Shown piece by piece: positions 1 through 10,448 of a stretch of DNA of 64,000 bases. Numbering within the stretch: position 1 is the stretch's first letter; each line of letters starts with the position of its first letter. The stretch lies in the NCBI RefSeq assembly GCF_056712565.1, contig NZ_JBWXXM010000004.1. One strand, written 5' to 3'. The stretch is from a plasmid. A program made the position numbers and the translations under genes. Under the pieces are notes generated by a model. It was not told the origin of the DNA. It searched no databases and worked only from the letters and a program-made list of their open reading frames with translations.

Positions 1-1035
1 CTGCGCGATGTCAGGAAGTATGGTTTCGGTGAGATATTTCAGTGTCCGCCAGATAAATATGCGGACCCGCGTCGTGTAATCTCGCTGTATCGCGAGCTGC
101 CAGCACCGGTAGTGCCAGATGATTGGCAACTCGTACCTAAGAAAATAACACTGGAAATGGAATGTGCTCTATCAAAAGCTGATAGCTATGAAATTGGTTG
201 GCTATGGGCATTGGCAGCCGCACCTAAATACGAAGTACAGAACGCTAAACGCGTGCAAAACGCGCTTAACGCCTGCCGCGCCGCCATGCTTCAGTCCGGA
301 AACTTTCGGGAAAACAAGAATTCGTCAACCAATAATTTTCGGGAAATCGCGGAAACGTCAACCAACTATCCGGCAATTCCTAGTGAGGTGTTGTCCGCAA
401 TCCTGAAGGTTGCCAGGATTCGTGCCGATTTCGATGATTTTGACGGTGACAGGCGAGGTATCGGTGATTGTCTGGATGAGGCTGAGCAAGAGCTTATCGT
501 TACCATTAACAAATATGCCAGTCAGTTGGCAGCAGAACCGATAGCGACTAATGACGTTCGAGAGCAGCAGACAGCCGTTCCGCCAGTTCCGGAAATACAG
601 GATGATGTCGCGCAAGCAATTGAAAATCTCAAGCAGAAGTTAGTGGAATGCAATCGCTATAACTACTGCGCAGATGCAGTTAAAGGCGTAGAGGATGCCT
701 GCCACGCTGCCATGCTTCAGGGTAGGGAACGCCTTGTTCTGGATGCCGCTACCAGAACCGCCGCAGGAGGCGAAATGATGGATGTAAAAGAGAAGGTTTT
801 GCAGGTGATGCGTTCCCGGGCTGCCCTGCAAGATAAAGCTCTCGGCGGGGAATATCCATTCAGGATGGCAACCTGGAATCTGCGGTTGGCAATGGAGAAG
901 GAATTTCCTGATGAAGAATGGCGGTCGGCAGATTTGCGCAAAATTCTTATGGAGCTGGCTAAAGATGGAACAGTATCCAAAGATACCCATGCCAGCCGGA
1001 TTGGTCAGGCGGTATGGAGACTGGAGGTGAGGTAA
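1..1035 (+). CDS. hypothetical phage protein, 5' end outside the window
   Basis: Frame 1 is open from nt 1 to the stop at 1033-1035 (ORF track lists the GTG-started part 112-1035); no motif I can name; pmg-region position upstream of hot. Confidence 0.4.
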   Translation: MRDVRKYGFGEIFQCPPDKYADPRRVISLYRELPAPVVPDDWQLVPKKITLEMECALSKADSYEIGWLWALAAAPKYEVQNAKRVQNALNACRAAMLQSGNFRENKNSSTNNFREIAETSTNYPAIPSEVLSAILKVARIRADFDDFDGDRRGIGDCLDEAEQELIVTINKYASQLAAEPIATNDVREQQTAVPPVPEIQDDVAQAIENLKQKLVECNRYNYCADAVKGVEDACHAAMLQGRERLVLDAATRTAAGGEMMDVKEKVLQVMRSRAALQDKALGGEYPFRMATWNLRLAMEKEFPDEEWRSADLRKILMELAKDGTVSKDTHASRIGQAVWRLEVR

Positions 1036-1111
1036 TAAGCTGGCCTGAAGCATTTGCGATTGTAGGCGTAGCTATGGCGATTGCCGCTATTTTTATCTTC
1101 TGGGGGTAACG

Positions 1112-1345
1112 ATGGGAAAATTAACTTTTGTAGTCGAATTTGAGGATGGCAAAGAGCCACCTGTTAGCGCCAATCTTGATGTTGCTGGTGGCAGGCTGGT
1201 TTCGGTTCTATTTGGTGATTACCGCGACGACTTCTTTCAGCCTGAAGAAGTTGATGTAGTGCGAGAAGCATTAAACGAGCTAAGTGTTGATAACGATGAT
1301 GCTCATGCGGAAATCATCAAAAAAATGGAACTGCTAACTCACTAA
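1112..1345 (+). CDS. hypothetical small acidic protein (77 aa)
   Basis: ORF track; ATG start, same strand as neighbours; no motif. Confidence 0.3.
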   Translation: MGKLTFVVEFEDGKEPPVSANLDVAGGRLVSVLFGDYRDDFFQPEEVDVVREALNELSVDNDDAHAEIIKKMELLTH

Positions 1346-1427
1346 ATTATCAATTATGGTGCTATCACCTACGACACCGAGAGAAAATTTATAATGTCAA
1401 AAGTAAATGTTTTGATTTTTTCAGCAA

Positions 1428-1817
1428 TTGTTGGCTTTGGTTTTACTGCCGGAGTGCAGATTTATATTACGTGGGAAAAAATCATCAACTACGCATGGAG
1501 TTGTTTTATTAAGTGAGGTAAGTATGTGGAGAGGTAATAATCATGGCAAAAGCCAGATGATACTTACCGAATATAAGCTAGACCACAAAACCAATAAATC
1601 ACGCTCAGTATATTTGCTCCGGCACAATAGCCGCGTAAGAAATACCGTGCTGGAACAAAATCTGACAGTTGAAATGGATAATTGCGGGGGATTCAAGCCA
1701 ACAATTTCGCTTGATGATTTTCCTCGTGGTTTAAGCGAAAGAGAAGCAATGCTGAAATTAGCAGAATGGCTACAAAGATTAAGCATTGCTATTGAAGATA
1801 ACTGGTCTGAACCTTAA
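1428..1817 (+). CDS. hypothetical protein (129 aa; possible true start at ATG 1524 behind GAGGT)
   Basis: ORF track; internal ATG preceded by gtgaggtaagt. Confidence 0.3.
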   Translation: MLALVLLPECRFILRGKKSSTTHGVVLLSEVSMWRGNNHGKSQMILTEYKLDHKTNKSRSVYLLRHNSRVRNTVLEQNLTVEMDNCGGFKPTISLDDFPRGLSEREAMLKLAEWLQRLSIAIEDNWSEP

Positions 1818-1823
1818 ATTTAT

Positions 1824-2198
1824 ATGATGACACTAAAACATTTTCTTGACCGCCCATTATGGGCGGCAGCCGCAGGCTATGACTTTAATTATATGGATTG
1901 CATGTCTTATACTGCCAATGCATACGACCATTCGTTCATCCTGCTGTTTAATTCTTTAAGAATATTGCCGGAAACAGAAGTTGGAGAGCTTCATTTATGG
2001 CTATTGGGCTTTATCGCGGCTGTCGTTGGTATTGCTGTATGGCCTTTTATTTTCTGGCTGGTGGCTGTTGTAGTGTGGTTTAAGTGCAAGACATACCGGA
2101 AAAAGTATTTCTTAGGTGATGGAATGACTGATATTGCCAAAATGAACATTGAAGAATGGACTAAGGAATGTGAAAAGAAATGGCGCAAAAAGAAATGA
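1824..2198 (+). CDS. small membrane protein (124 aa)
   Basis: Long hydrophobic segment LHLWLLGFIAAVVGIAVWPFIFWLVAVVVWF followed by a Lys-rich tail. Confidence 0.35.
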   Translation: MMTLKHFLDRPLWAAAAGYDFNYMDCMSYTANAYDHSFILLFNSLRILPETEVGELHLWLLGFIAAVVGIAVWPFIFWLVAVVVWFKCKTYRKKYFLGDGMTDIAKMNIEEWTKECEKKWRKKK

Positions 2199-2830
2199 CC
2201 AGAATCACTGAAGAGCGCATATCAGAGATTATTTCCCGTATCGAAATGTATGGTCACGGTGCTGGATATACGGCAGATGAAGTATTGGAAATAGCCCAGC
2301 AGATGCTGGCCTTGAGACAAAAAGAGCAACATGAAAGTAATACGTGTAGATTGAATTTTGAGCATTGGCTGGAACAGCAACGCGGAAAAATCGATGTGGA
2401 CTGTGGTTGTGTGTCCACTGAAACATTCATGCACTGGCTGCGGGTAGCTTACGAGGCTGGCAACTATCCGGATATTCCGGATAGTTCGGTGCCAGCGCCA
2501 GGAAAGGGCGTCACCGGTGAACGTATCCGCATTAAGCCGCATGTTTATCGCGAACTGGTTAACCGTCTCCACGATACAGCGATCAAGTGTGCTGGCACCC
2601 AGCAATTACGAGAAAGAATTAGCCGTGTTTTGGGCGACGTTATTACACCAGATCATCATAAACAAGCCGAGAAAAGTGACCTGGAAAGGTGTCACCTTGA
2701 GGCGGCATTAAACATTAAGCCGGGGCATACGCTTGGCATTATTGATGCACTATTGGTTCATAAGATGGCCAGGGCTTTATTGCCGCTGGTGGCTGAAAAG
2801 CATGAGGTGGACCATGCCAACGAAAGCTGA
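2180..2830 (+). CDS. hypothetical protein (216 aa)
   Basis: ORF track; co-directional tight spacing with neighbours. Confidence 0.4.
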   Translation: MAQKEMTRITEERISEIISRIEMYGHGAGYTADEVLEIAQQMLALRQKEQHESNTCRLNFEHWLEQQRGKIDVDCGCVSTETFMHWLRVAYEAGNYPDIPDSSVPAPGKGVTGERIRIKPHVYRELVNRLHDTAIKCAGTQQLRERISRVLGDVITPDHHKQAEKSDLERCHLEAALNIKPGHTLGIIDALLVHKMARALLPLVAEKHEVDHANES

Positions 2831-3081
2831 ATTACAGGTGCGCGTAGATGAGCTGAAAAAGAGAACGCGAGCCTCAAAAAAATGCTGTCGCGGGCGGAAA
2901 GGGAATTATCAGGCAAATTATTGCCAGAAGAACTGCCACCAGCAGATATACTAGATCGAGTGTCCCAGTGGATGAAGTCTTTTGGTTTACCGTGGGAGGC
3001 TTTTTGGTGCTACGACCATCGCAGATGGTGTGATGAACTTGATAGCAATTTTCCCTACTTTGCGGAAGGGAACACCTGCCC

Positions 3082-3432
3082 TCAATGCAGGGGATAGCAT
3101 TTGACGAAATCGATCACCCTATCCTGAACTTCAGAAAGAAGGTCTTTTTCACGCGCCAGGACGTCAGGATATTGACGTTCTGGCCTTACCAGATGCCGGA
3201 GCTTCCCATTAAGCAGAATGGCCTCAGAAAACACTTTTACGCTGTGCTTTATCCCCTCTGTTTCACTTTTCAGCGTCAAAATAAAGCGCAATTGCTTATT
3301 AGCCTGATTCGGATTCAATACACGAATTTGCAGTTCGTCTATGCTGTTTCGCAATGGGATTGATGCCACCACACTGGTGCAGTCTCTGATTGTCTGAATT
3401 GAACGGCTAACATTGAGAACGTTATTGTGCAT
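3082..3432 (-). CDS. hypothetical protein (116 aa), lxr-position relative to hot/humD
   Basis: ORF track; position only. Confidence 0.3.
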   Translation of the reverse strand: MHNNVLNVSRSIQTIRDCTSVVASIPLRNSIDELQIRVLNPNQANKQLRFILTLKSETEGIKHSVKVFSEAILLNGKLRHLVRPERQYPDVLAREKDLLSEVQDRVIDFVKCYPLH

Positions 3433-3464
3433 GTGCCTGATCCACTAACTCCTGGAGGTTTCTT

Positions 3465-3716
3465 GTGTCAGATCGAAATATAGCAGCTAAAAGCCAGGAA
3501 GAGCGAGACAAGGTGAACGTAGACCTTGCCGCCAGCGGCGTTGCTTACAAAGAACGGCTGAATATACCTGTGATTGCAGAGCAGGTGGCCCGTGAGCAAC
3601 CGGAAAACCTGCGCGCCTATTTCATGGAACGGCTACGGCACTACCGGCAGTTAAGCCTCCAGTTGCCAAAAGGGAGCGATCCGGTGTATCAGAACGAGGA
3701 TGCACCAAAAAAATAA
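3465..3716 (+). CDS. hot: Hot, homologue of DNA polymerase III theta subunit (HolE)
   Basis: 83-aa product with [39 protein letters not shown] resembling theta subunit; P1-like synteny hot-humD-phd-doc. Confidence 0.75.
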   Translation: MSDRNIAAKSQEERDKVNVDLAASGVAYKERLNIPVIAEQVAREQPENLRAYFMERLRHYRQLSLQLPKGSDPVYQNEDAPKK

Positions 3717-3802
3717 CGGCAAGATGGGGGAGAAATGTGATTAGCCCCCAGCGTGGCGCGCCTACAAACCCCGCTTTCACAAACTATGCCTTTTCAATGT
3801 AT

Positions 3803-3822
3803 ACTGTATGAATAAACAGTAT
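3803..3822. promoter_or_regulatory. LexA box (SOS operator) upstream of humD
   Basis: tactgtatgaataaacagta = CTGT-N8-ACAG palindrome close to consensus TACTGTATATATATACAGTA, 18 nt upstream of the humD start. Confidence 0.6.
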
Positions 3823-3839
3823 CATTGAGGTAAAACGCT

Positions 3840-4229
3840 ATGGGCTTCCCTTCTCCTGCGGCGGATTATGTTGAAAGCCGAATTTCTCTTGATCAGCAGA
3901 TAATTAGACATCCATCAGCAACCTACTTCATGCGGGCAGCTGATAGCCATCACCGTGAGGGAATATTGCAGGGTGCTTTGCTGGTGGTTGATTCTTCGCT
4001 TACTCCAGTTGATGGTTCGCTGCTTGTGTGCGCTATGGAGGGTGAATATCGCATAAAGAGATACAGGAAGTATCCGCGCCAGCACCTGGAGGATTTAAGC
4101 ACCGGGAAGAAAGAGGCGTTACCAGTAGATGACGATGGATGCACGGGCAGTAATGCTGTTTTTGGTGTGATCACTCATGTCATCAATGATGCCCGAAGTG
4201 GGGAGTTTGATGATTGTCCGGTTATTTAA
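3840..4229 (+). CDS. humD: HumD, UmuD-like S24 peptidase-family SOS mutagenesis protein
   Basis: 129-aa product, LexA/UmuD-like C-terminal domain; LexA box upstream; P1 synteny. Confidence 0.8.
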   Translation: MGFPSPAADYVESRISLDQQIIRHPSATYFMRAADSHHREGILQGALLVVDSSLTPVDGSLLVCAMEGEYRIKRYRKYPRQHLEDLSTGKKEALPVDDDGCTGSNAVFGVITHVINDARSGEFDDCPVI

Positions 4230-4301
4230 GCTGCAAAGGGCTGGTGCTTTATGCCTGTGAGGTTTATAATTGTGTACACATAACGAGTACACGAGGTGTT
4301 T

Positions 4302-4523
4302 ATGCAATCCATTAACTTCCGTACCGCGCGCGGCAACCTTTCTGAAGTGCTCAACAATGTTGAAGCCGGGGAAGAGGTTGAAATCACCCGCAGAGGCCGT
4401 GAGCCAGCAGTAATTGTCAGCAAGGCTACTTTCGAAGCCTACAAAAAAGCGGCGCTGGATGCTGAATTTGCATCCCTGTTTGACACCCTGGACTCCACCA
4501 ACAAGGAACTGGTTAACCGATAA
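4302..4523 (+). CDS. phd: Phd antitoxin (prevents host death)
   Basis: Translation [73 protein letters not shown] matches P1 Phd as I recall it; stop overlaps doc ATG (taATGa). Confidence 0.9.
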
Positions 4524-4903
4524 TGAGGCATATATCACCGGAAGAACTTATTGCGCTTCATGATGCGAATATAAGCCGCTACGGCGGCCTGCCTGGCATG
4601 TCAGATCCGGGCAGGGCAGAGGCCATTATCGGGAGAGTTCAGGCCAGAGTTGCCTACGAAGAGATCACCGACCTTTTCGAAGTCTCCGCCACCTACCTGG
4701 TGGCTACAGCGAGAGGGCATATATTCAATGATGCCAATAAGCGTACCGCGCTAAACAGCGCGCTGCTATTTCTACGCCGTAACGGGGTGCAGGTATTTGA
4801 TTCACCTGAACTGGCAGACCTTACTGTAGGCGCTGCGACTGGCGAGATATCTGTATCTTCTGTCGCCGACACGTTACGTAGATTGTATGGTTCTGCGGAG
4901 TAG
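4523..4903 (+). CDS. doc: Doc toxin (death on curing; Fic-fold kinase)
   Basis: 126-aa product [22 protein letters not shown]...; translationally coupled to phd. Confidence 0.9.
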
Positions 4904-5087
4904 ATTAATGGCACGCAAATACAACAAATTGTCCCTTGAAGCGTTAAAGATGCTTCTTGATGGCGTGAGTCGCCGCAAGGTAAAGCAATACCTGGTTGGT
5001 AAGCAAATTGGAGTCAGGACCGCTATTGCTGTGTTATGCCGTCAGGAAATGGTTGTGCTTAAACAGAGAATGCCGGGCAGCAGATAA
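4887..5087 (+). CDS. hypothetical small protein (66 aa), post-doc position
   Basis: ORF track only. Confidence 0.25.
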
Positions 5088-5114
5088 AGCCCAATCAGTG
5101 ATTAAAGGTGTGAT

Positions 5115-6158
5115 GTGAAAGCCGTAATTACTCCCTTTGTACAGAAAGAGCTTGGCCTCGCCACGTTCAAAGTGGATCAGGAGGTCAGAAAACTGGTGGA
5201 GGCTGGCCGTAAATTTATCATGGAGCCGGTGCCGCGTGAGTTAATCGAGCACATGGAAGACGGCCTCGTTGTTACCGAGCAAACCATGGCAACAAATGAG
5301 GCGTTGCAGCCGTTTTTTAACAGCGATGAACTGTTTCGCCGTATTGGTGGAATTGACGCGCTGGTGGCGTGGTTGCGTAGGAAAGAGGGTCAATGCCAGG
5401 CCGCAGATCGTAGTTGGTGTGACAACCATATTGTCCACGCTGAACGAGACAATAGCGCGGTGTTGTTGTGCTGGCATCACGATAACCATTACCGGATGCG
5501 TGGTTTTAATGAGCTGAAAGAAACGCTGCACAATAATCGCGTTAACTGGATACTGGATGTCGCCCGTCAGGAAATGGGCCTTTCAAATAGCCATGATTTA
5601 AGTATTCAGGAGCTGTGCTGGTGGGCTTTCATGCGCAACATGATGCACCTGATGCCGGAAGAAGTCTGCCGCATATCAATAAATAAGATGAAGGCTACTC
5701 CGCAGGATAGCGGACCTCTGAAAGAGGCGGATATTCGCCCGTATGACGATCGCGCTACAGCATATGTTCAGATGATGGAAGAACGCGCCGCGCCGATGCG
5801 TGCAAAAGTATGCCCTGTGGATGTTGACTCCGACCCAGGTATGGCGCATTTCAAAATACCAAAACTTCAATCGCTAAAATTGCCCGAGTACATGGACTTT
5901 GTGGCTTCCCGTCCATGCTGTGGCTGTGGAGCTGCGGGAGCTGGCGCTCACATTACGCCTTATATCGTTCGTCATAGTCGATTATGCGCGCATGACATTT
6001 ATGCTATTCCTCTGTGCCAGTCATGCCAGCGTGATATTGAGCGTGACCGCGATAATTGGGAGAAGACGCACGGTAGGCTGGCGATGCATCAACGATTGTT
6101 CTTTGATTACGCGCTTGGAGTCGGCGCTATCACAAGTCACTCGTCGAGCGTTAGATAA
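5115..6158 (+). CDS. hypothetical protein with C-terminal Cys cluster (347 aa), post-doc position
   Basis: GTG start; C-terminal CCGCG...CAHD...CQSCQ metal-binding-like cluster. Confidence 0.45.
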   Translation: MKAVITPFVQKELGLATFKVDQEVRKLVEAGRKFIMEPVPRELIEHMEDGLVVTEQTMATNEALQPFFNSDELFRRIGGIDALVAWLRRKEGQCQAADRSWCDNHIVHAERDNSAVLLCWHHDNHYRMRGFNELKETLHNNRVNWILDVARQEMGLSNSHDLSIQELCWWAFMRNMMHLMPEEVCRISINKMKATPQDSGPLKEADIRPYDDRATAYVQMMEERAAPMRAKVCPVDVDSDPGMAHFKIPKLQSLKLPEYMDFVASRPCCGCGAAGAGAHITPYIVRHSRLCAHDIYAIPLCQSCQRDIERDRDNWEKTHGRLAMHQRLFFDYALGVGAITSHSSSVR

Positions 6159-6159
6159 A

Positions 6160-6176
6160 ATTGCTCTAATGTATTG
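6160..6176 (+). promoter_or_regulatory. C1 operator-like 17-mer upstream of lpa-position gene
   Basis: attgctctaatgtattg, 13/17 to the P1 C1 operator consensus ATTGCTCTAATAAATTT. Confidence 0.4.
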
Positions 6177-6246
6177 CTATTTCTTTAATCGAGGGTATTA
6201 TATTCCACGTTGATTAGTTGACATGGGCTAATCAGTAGGTGACAGG

Positions 6247-6699
6247 ATGTTACTTAACTGGCAGGGACGCCACTTCATGGAAATAAATCACTCACGAATA
6301 ACATCGTACGAGATTGCGGATTACATGATCCGCACTAAATCTCTTCTATCAGCGAAAGAACTCGCAGCAATTCTTGAAAAGGAATACCCGCATCTGGATG
6401 TCGATAAGCGCGATGTTTATCTGCGCTTAAAGGCTATCGCTGTGTCTAAGTATTCGTCTGTTTTGATTGATGACAGTACACGCCCACGTAGATTTCAGAT
6501 CCACTCTCTGAATCCTGAATTCTTTCGCCGCAGCCGCGCTCCGCGCCGGTTTGATGAAAAACTCCAGAACGAACTCTATATGACGCAGGACGAAAAGGAA
6601 CGCCGGGAGCACCAGCCTTGGGTGATGGCGCGTCAACTTTTCAATAAGGTGGTCCGTCAGCACCGTCATTACGGTAATGCCACATCCGCACGTATCTGA
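6247..6699 (+). CDS. late promoter activator (Lpa)-position protein, 150 aa
   Basis: Immediately upstream of pacA with a C1-operator-like site in front, as for P1 lpa; identity by synteny only. Confidence 0.45.
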   Translation: MLLNWQGRHFMEINHSRITSYEIADYMIRTKSLLSAKELAAILEKEYPHLDVDKRDVYLRLKAIAVSKYSSVLIDDSTRPRRFQIHSLNPEFFRRSRAPRRFDEKLQNELYMTQDEKERREHQPWVMARQLFNKVVRQHRHYGNATSARI

Positions 6700-6785
6700 T
6701 TGATTGCTTGCCCGTTCCGGGCCTTTTGACATGTGACTTTCGTTACCCTCGCGTCAAAAAGAGTTTTATACGAAAGGAAGCATAA

Positions 6786-7978
6786 GTGACCTGGGACGAT
6801 CACAAGAAGAATTTTGCTCGCCTGGCGCGAGATGGTGGTTACACCATCGCACAATATGCCGCCGAGTTTAATCTCAACCCAAACACCGCACGTCGTTATC
6901 TCCGTGCATTCAAAGAAGACACCGGAACAGCGGACAGCCGTAAGCCAAATAAGCCTGTCAGAAAACCACTAAAAAGCATGATCATTGATCACGCTAATGA
7001 TCAACGTGCAGGTGATCACATTGTGGCTGAAATGGCTGAAAAACAAAGAGTTAATGCTGTTGTCAGTGCCGCAGTCGAGAACGCGAAGCGCCAGAATAAG
7101 CGCATAAATGATCGTTCTGATGATCATGACGTGATCACCCGCGCCCACCGGACCTTACGTGATCGCCTGGAACGCGACACCCTGGATGATGATGGTGAAC
7201 GCTTTGAATTCGAAGCTGGCGATTACCTGATAGATAACGTTGAAGCGCGGAAGGCCGCGCGCGCTATGTTGCGTCGGTCCGGGGCTGATGTTCTGGAAAC
7301 CACTCTTCTGGAAAAGTCTCTCTCTCATCTCCTTATGCTGGAGAACGCCAGGGATACGTGTATTCGCTTGGTTCAGGAAATGCGCGATCAGCAAAAAGAC
7401 GATGATGAAGGAACTCCGCCTGAATACCGTATCGCGAGCATGCTAAACAGCTGTTCCGCGCAGATAAGCAGCCTGATCAACACCATTTACAGCATCCGGA
7501 ATAACTATCGAAAAGAAAGCCGGGAGGCGGAAAAGCACGCTTTGTCTATGGGGCAAGCTGGCATTGTAAGCTGGCATACGAACGAAAGCGTGAAAACAAC
7601 TGGTCAGTGCTGGAGGCAGCTGAATTCATCGAGGCGCATGGAGGGAAAGTACCGCCCCTGATGCTGGAGCAAATCAAAGCCGATCTGCGTGCTCCTAAGA
7701 CCAATACCGATGATGAGGAAAGGCAAACAGCCGTCGGTGGCCCTTCTCTTGAAGATCTGGACAAAGTTGCGCGAGAACGGGCCGCCAACCGCCGCGCCGA
7801 TGCCGCATTGTGGATTGAGCAGCGTAGGGAAGAAATCGCCGATATCGTTGATACAGGCGGTTATGGAGATGTTGATACTGAAGGTGTATCAAACGACCCA
7901 TGGCTGGAACAAGACCTGGACGAAGACGAGGAGGAAGACGAAGAAGTTACCCGCAAGCTATACGGGGATGATGATTAA
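6786..7978 (+). CDS. pacA: terminase small subunit PacA, reading frame broken in this sequence (ORFs 6786-7661 and 7607-7978)
   Basis: Contains the pac hexamer cluster; directly precedes pacB; total span 1193 nt (one short of a multiple of 3); the second frame reads continuously upstream to about 7580. Confidence 0.65.
6979..7137. other. pac packaging site: 4 + 3 TGATCA/G hexamers flanking the cleavage region
   Basis: TGATCA at 6979, 6986, 6998, 7013 and TGATCG/TGATCA at 7109, 7121, 7132; each contains a Dam GATC; the 4+3 layout is that of P1 pac. Confidence 0.75.
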
Positions 7979-9462
7979 TGGCCAGAAGTTGCGTAACGGA
8001 TCCACGTTGGCGCGAGCTGGTGGCGCTATATCGTTATGACTGGATTGCTGCCGCTGATGTTTTGTTCGGCAAAACACCTACCTGGCAGCAGGATCTGATT
8101 ATTGAGTCTGTGCAGGAACAGGGTAGCAAGACATCTGTTTCGTCTGGTCACGGTACCGGGAAATCAGACATGACTTCTATCATGATCATGTTGTTCATAA
8201 TCATGTATCCAGGTGCCCGTGCCATTATCGTTGCGAACAAAATTCAGCAGGTAATGACCGGTATATTCAAGTACATCAAGATAAACTGGGCTACTGCCAC
8301 CAGCCGTTTCCCATGGCTTGCTGATTATTTTGTTCTGACAGAAACCGCTTTCTATGAGATTACTGGTAAAGGTGTATGGACTGTAGTACCGAAGGGCTTT
8401 CGTCTGGGAAGTGAAGAAGCTCTCGCCGGTGAACACGCAGATCATCTTCTGTATATTATCGATGAAGCCTCCGGTGTCAGTGATAGAGCTTTCGGTATCA
8501 TCACCGGTGCTCTTACCGGACAGGATAACCGCATCTTATTGCTGTCACAGCCTACACGCCCAAGCGGCTATTTCTACGATACACACCATAAACTGGCCAA
8601 GCGTCCTGGTAACCCTGATGGCGTTTATACGGCGATCACGCTTAACAGTGAGGAATCACCGTTGGTAACGCCAGCATTTATCAAAATGAAGCTGGCGGAG
8701 TACGGCGGGCGTGATAACCCTATGTACATGATTAAGGTACGCGGCCTATTCCCTAAATCACAGGATGGCTTCCTTCTTGGACGTGATGAGGTTGAACGTG
8801 CGACGCGGCGGAAAGTCAAGATTGCCAAAGGATGGGGCTGGCTTGCATGTGTGGACGTTGCTGGTGGTACGGGACGGGATAAGTCCGTTATCAATATCAT
8901 GATGGTGTCCGGCCAGAGAAATAAACGCCGTGTAATCAACTATCGAATGCTGGAATACACAGACGTTACAGAAACGCAGCTTGCCGCCAAAATTTTCGCA
9001 GAATGTAATCCTGAGCGATTCCCAAATATCACCATAGCGATAGACGGCGATGGGCTGGGTAAAGCAACGGCGGATCTGATGTACGAGTATTATGGTATTA
9101 CCGTACAGCGTATACGCTGGGGTAAAAAGATGCATAGCCGTGAAGATAAGAGCCTGTACTTTGATAAACGTGCTTATGCCAACGTTCAAGCCGCAGAGGC
9201 CGTAAAATCTGGTCGTATGAGACTGGATAAGGGTAATGAAACTATTGAGGAAGCGTCGAAAATCCCTGTAGGGATTAACTCCGCAGGTCAATGGAAGGTG
9301 ATGAGTAAGGAGGATATGAAGAAAAAACTCAACCTGCACTCACCAGACCATTGGGATACATATTGTTTCGCTATGCTGGCGGATTATGTTCCCCAGGATG
9401 AAGTGCTTAGCGTCGAAGACGAAGCGCAGGTTGATGAAGCTCTGGCATGGCTTAATGAATAA
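7978..9462 (+). CDS. pacB: terminase large subunit PacB
   Basis: 494-aa product; follows pacA; terminase-like ATPase region. Confidence 0.85.
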   Translation: MARSCVTDPRWRELVALYRYDWIAAADVLFGKTPTWQQDLIIESVQEQGSKTSVSSGHGTGKSDMTSIMIMLFIIMYPGARAIIVANKIQQVMTGIFKYIKINWATATSRFPWLADYFVLTETAFYEITGKGVWTVVPKGFRLGSEEALAGEHADHLLYIIDEASGVSDRAFGIITGALTGQDNRILLLSQPTRPSGYFYDTHHKLAKRPGNPDGVYTAITLNSEESPLVTPAFIKMKLAEYGGRDNPMYMIKVRGLFPKSQDGFLLGRDEVERATRRKVKIAKGWGWLACVDVAGGTGRDKSVINIMMVSGQRNKRRVINYRMLEYTDVTETQLAAKIFAECNPERFPNITIAIDGDGLGKATADLMYEYYGITVQRIRWGKKMHSREDKSLYFDKRAYANVQAAEAVKSGRMRLDKGNETIEEASKIPVGINSAGQWKVMSKEDMKKKLNLHSPDHWDTYCFAMLADYVPQDEVLSVEDEAQVDEALAWLNE

Positions 9463-9486
9463 CTCATTGACCATGCCGGATGGAAA

Positions 9487-10338
9487 CTATTGCGCGCTTT
9501 CGGGGTTGTCGTTTACTGGCTGCCCTTTCTTAGTTTTACGGCTGCGCGTAACTGATGCGGCTGATTTGACCTTTTTCTCTTCGCGAGTGATGGCAATTTG
9601 TTTTTTTACATTTTCAATATCTGCCAGGCGATATATTTTTGCCTGCGGCCAGCGGTCGCAGATGATCGGTTCTATAGAGTCATAAAGGCTAAATTTTGCT
9701 TTCTCGAATTCACCGTTGATGATAATTCCATCACGGAGAGTTTCATCGCAGATAAACACACCACATAGCGGCACATGGTAACTAACTGATTTACCATCAT
9801 TGTAGTTAGGGCTACTAGAAATGTAATGGACGCGCAGCATTGTTTCGCTAAAGCCGTGTACGCGCATACGGAATTTTTCATCCTCCGGGTACTGCTTCAT
9901 TAGCTCTTTTGTTGCTTCCAGGTTCTCTATGTATTTCGCACTGTGCTCATTGATCCCTGCGCTTTTCTGGATGCGAATGTCCTTATCAATCAGATGAATA
10001 ATGCGGCCAGCGGTCATGTTGACGCTGTTCACAGCTTCTGTCTGATAAGTCGTAACCTTACGCACACCGCGAAGGATGTTAGGTACTGGATATAAAATAG
10101 TCTTTGGGATATTGAGGTCTGGGTACTGTTCCAGTTCCCGCGCCATTAAAGTCCATTTATCAATTTCAGCCTGAATGCTGTCAGTTTCTTTGAACGGCAG
10201 AACGACAACCGGGCGTACAGGACGACCGTCGCTGGCGGCATCAACGTGTTGGGCGCGTGCAACAGCTTTTTTTAGAAAGAGATCCCTGAAGCTGACGAAC
10301 TCCTGGTACAGTTGTTCGCCGTAGACATAATTTATCAT
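9487..10338 (-). CDS. c1: C1 repressor of lysogeny
   Basis: 283-aa product (length of P1 C1); convergent with pacB, downstream of coi, operators nearby. Confidence 0.85.
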   Translation of the reverse strand: MINYVYGEQLYQEFVSFRDLFLKKAVARAQHVDAASDGRPVRPVVVLPFKETDSIQAEIDKWTLMARELEQYPDLNIPKTILYPVPNILRGVRKVTTYQTEAVNSVNMTAGRIIHLIDKDIRIQKSAGINEHSAKYIENLEATKELMKQYPEDEKFRMRVHGFSETMLRVHYISSSPNYNDGKSVSYHVPLCGVFICDETLRDGIIINGEFEKAKFSLYDSIEPIICDRWPQAKIYRLADIENVKKQIAITREEKKVKSAASVTRSRKTKKGQPVNDNPESAQ

Positions 10339-10360
10339 TGATCCTCCTCCAGAATTGACA

Positions 10361-10403
10361 TGGCCAACAACTCACAGCGGATTACACTGGGAGTTGTTGG
10401 CCA
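10361..10403 (-). promoter_or_regulatory. perfect 13-bp inverted repeat in the coi-c1 intercistronic region
   Basis: tggccaacaactc ...17 nt... gagttgttggcca. Confidence 0.35.
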
Positions 10404-10448
10404 CCATTATAGAAGGATCCAACGAAAATAATAGATTTATTAGTGCAT

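Noticed and set aside
164-1053. Overlapping ORFs 164-406 (+), 358-615 (-), 640-1053 (-), 717-980 (-)
   Set aside because: All lie within or antisense to the frame that is open from nt 1 to 1035; no independent support.
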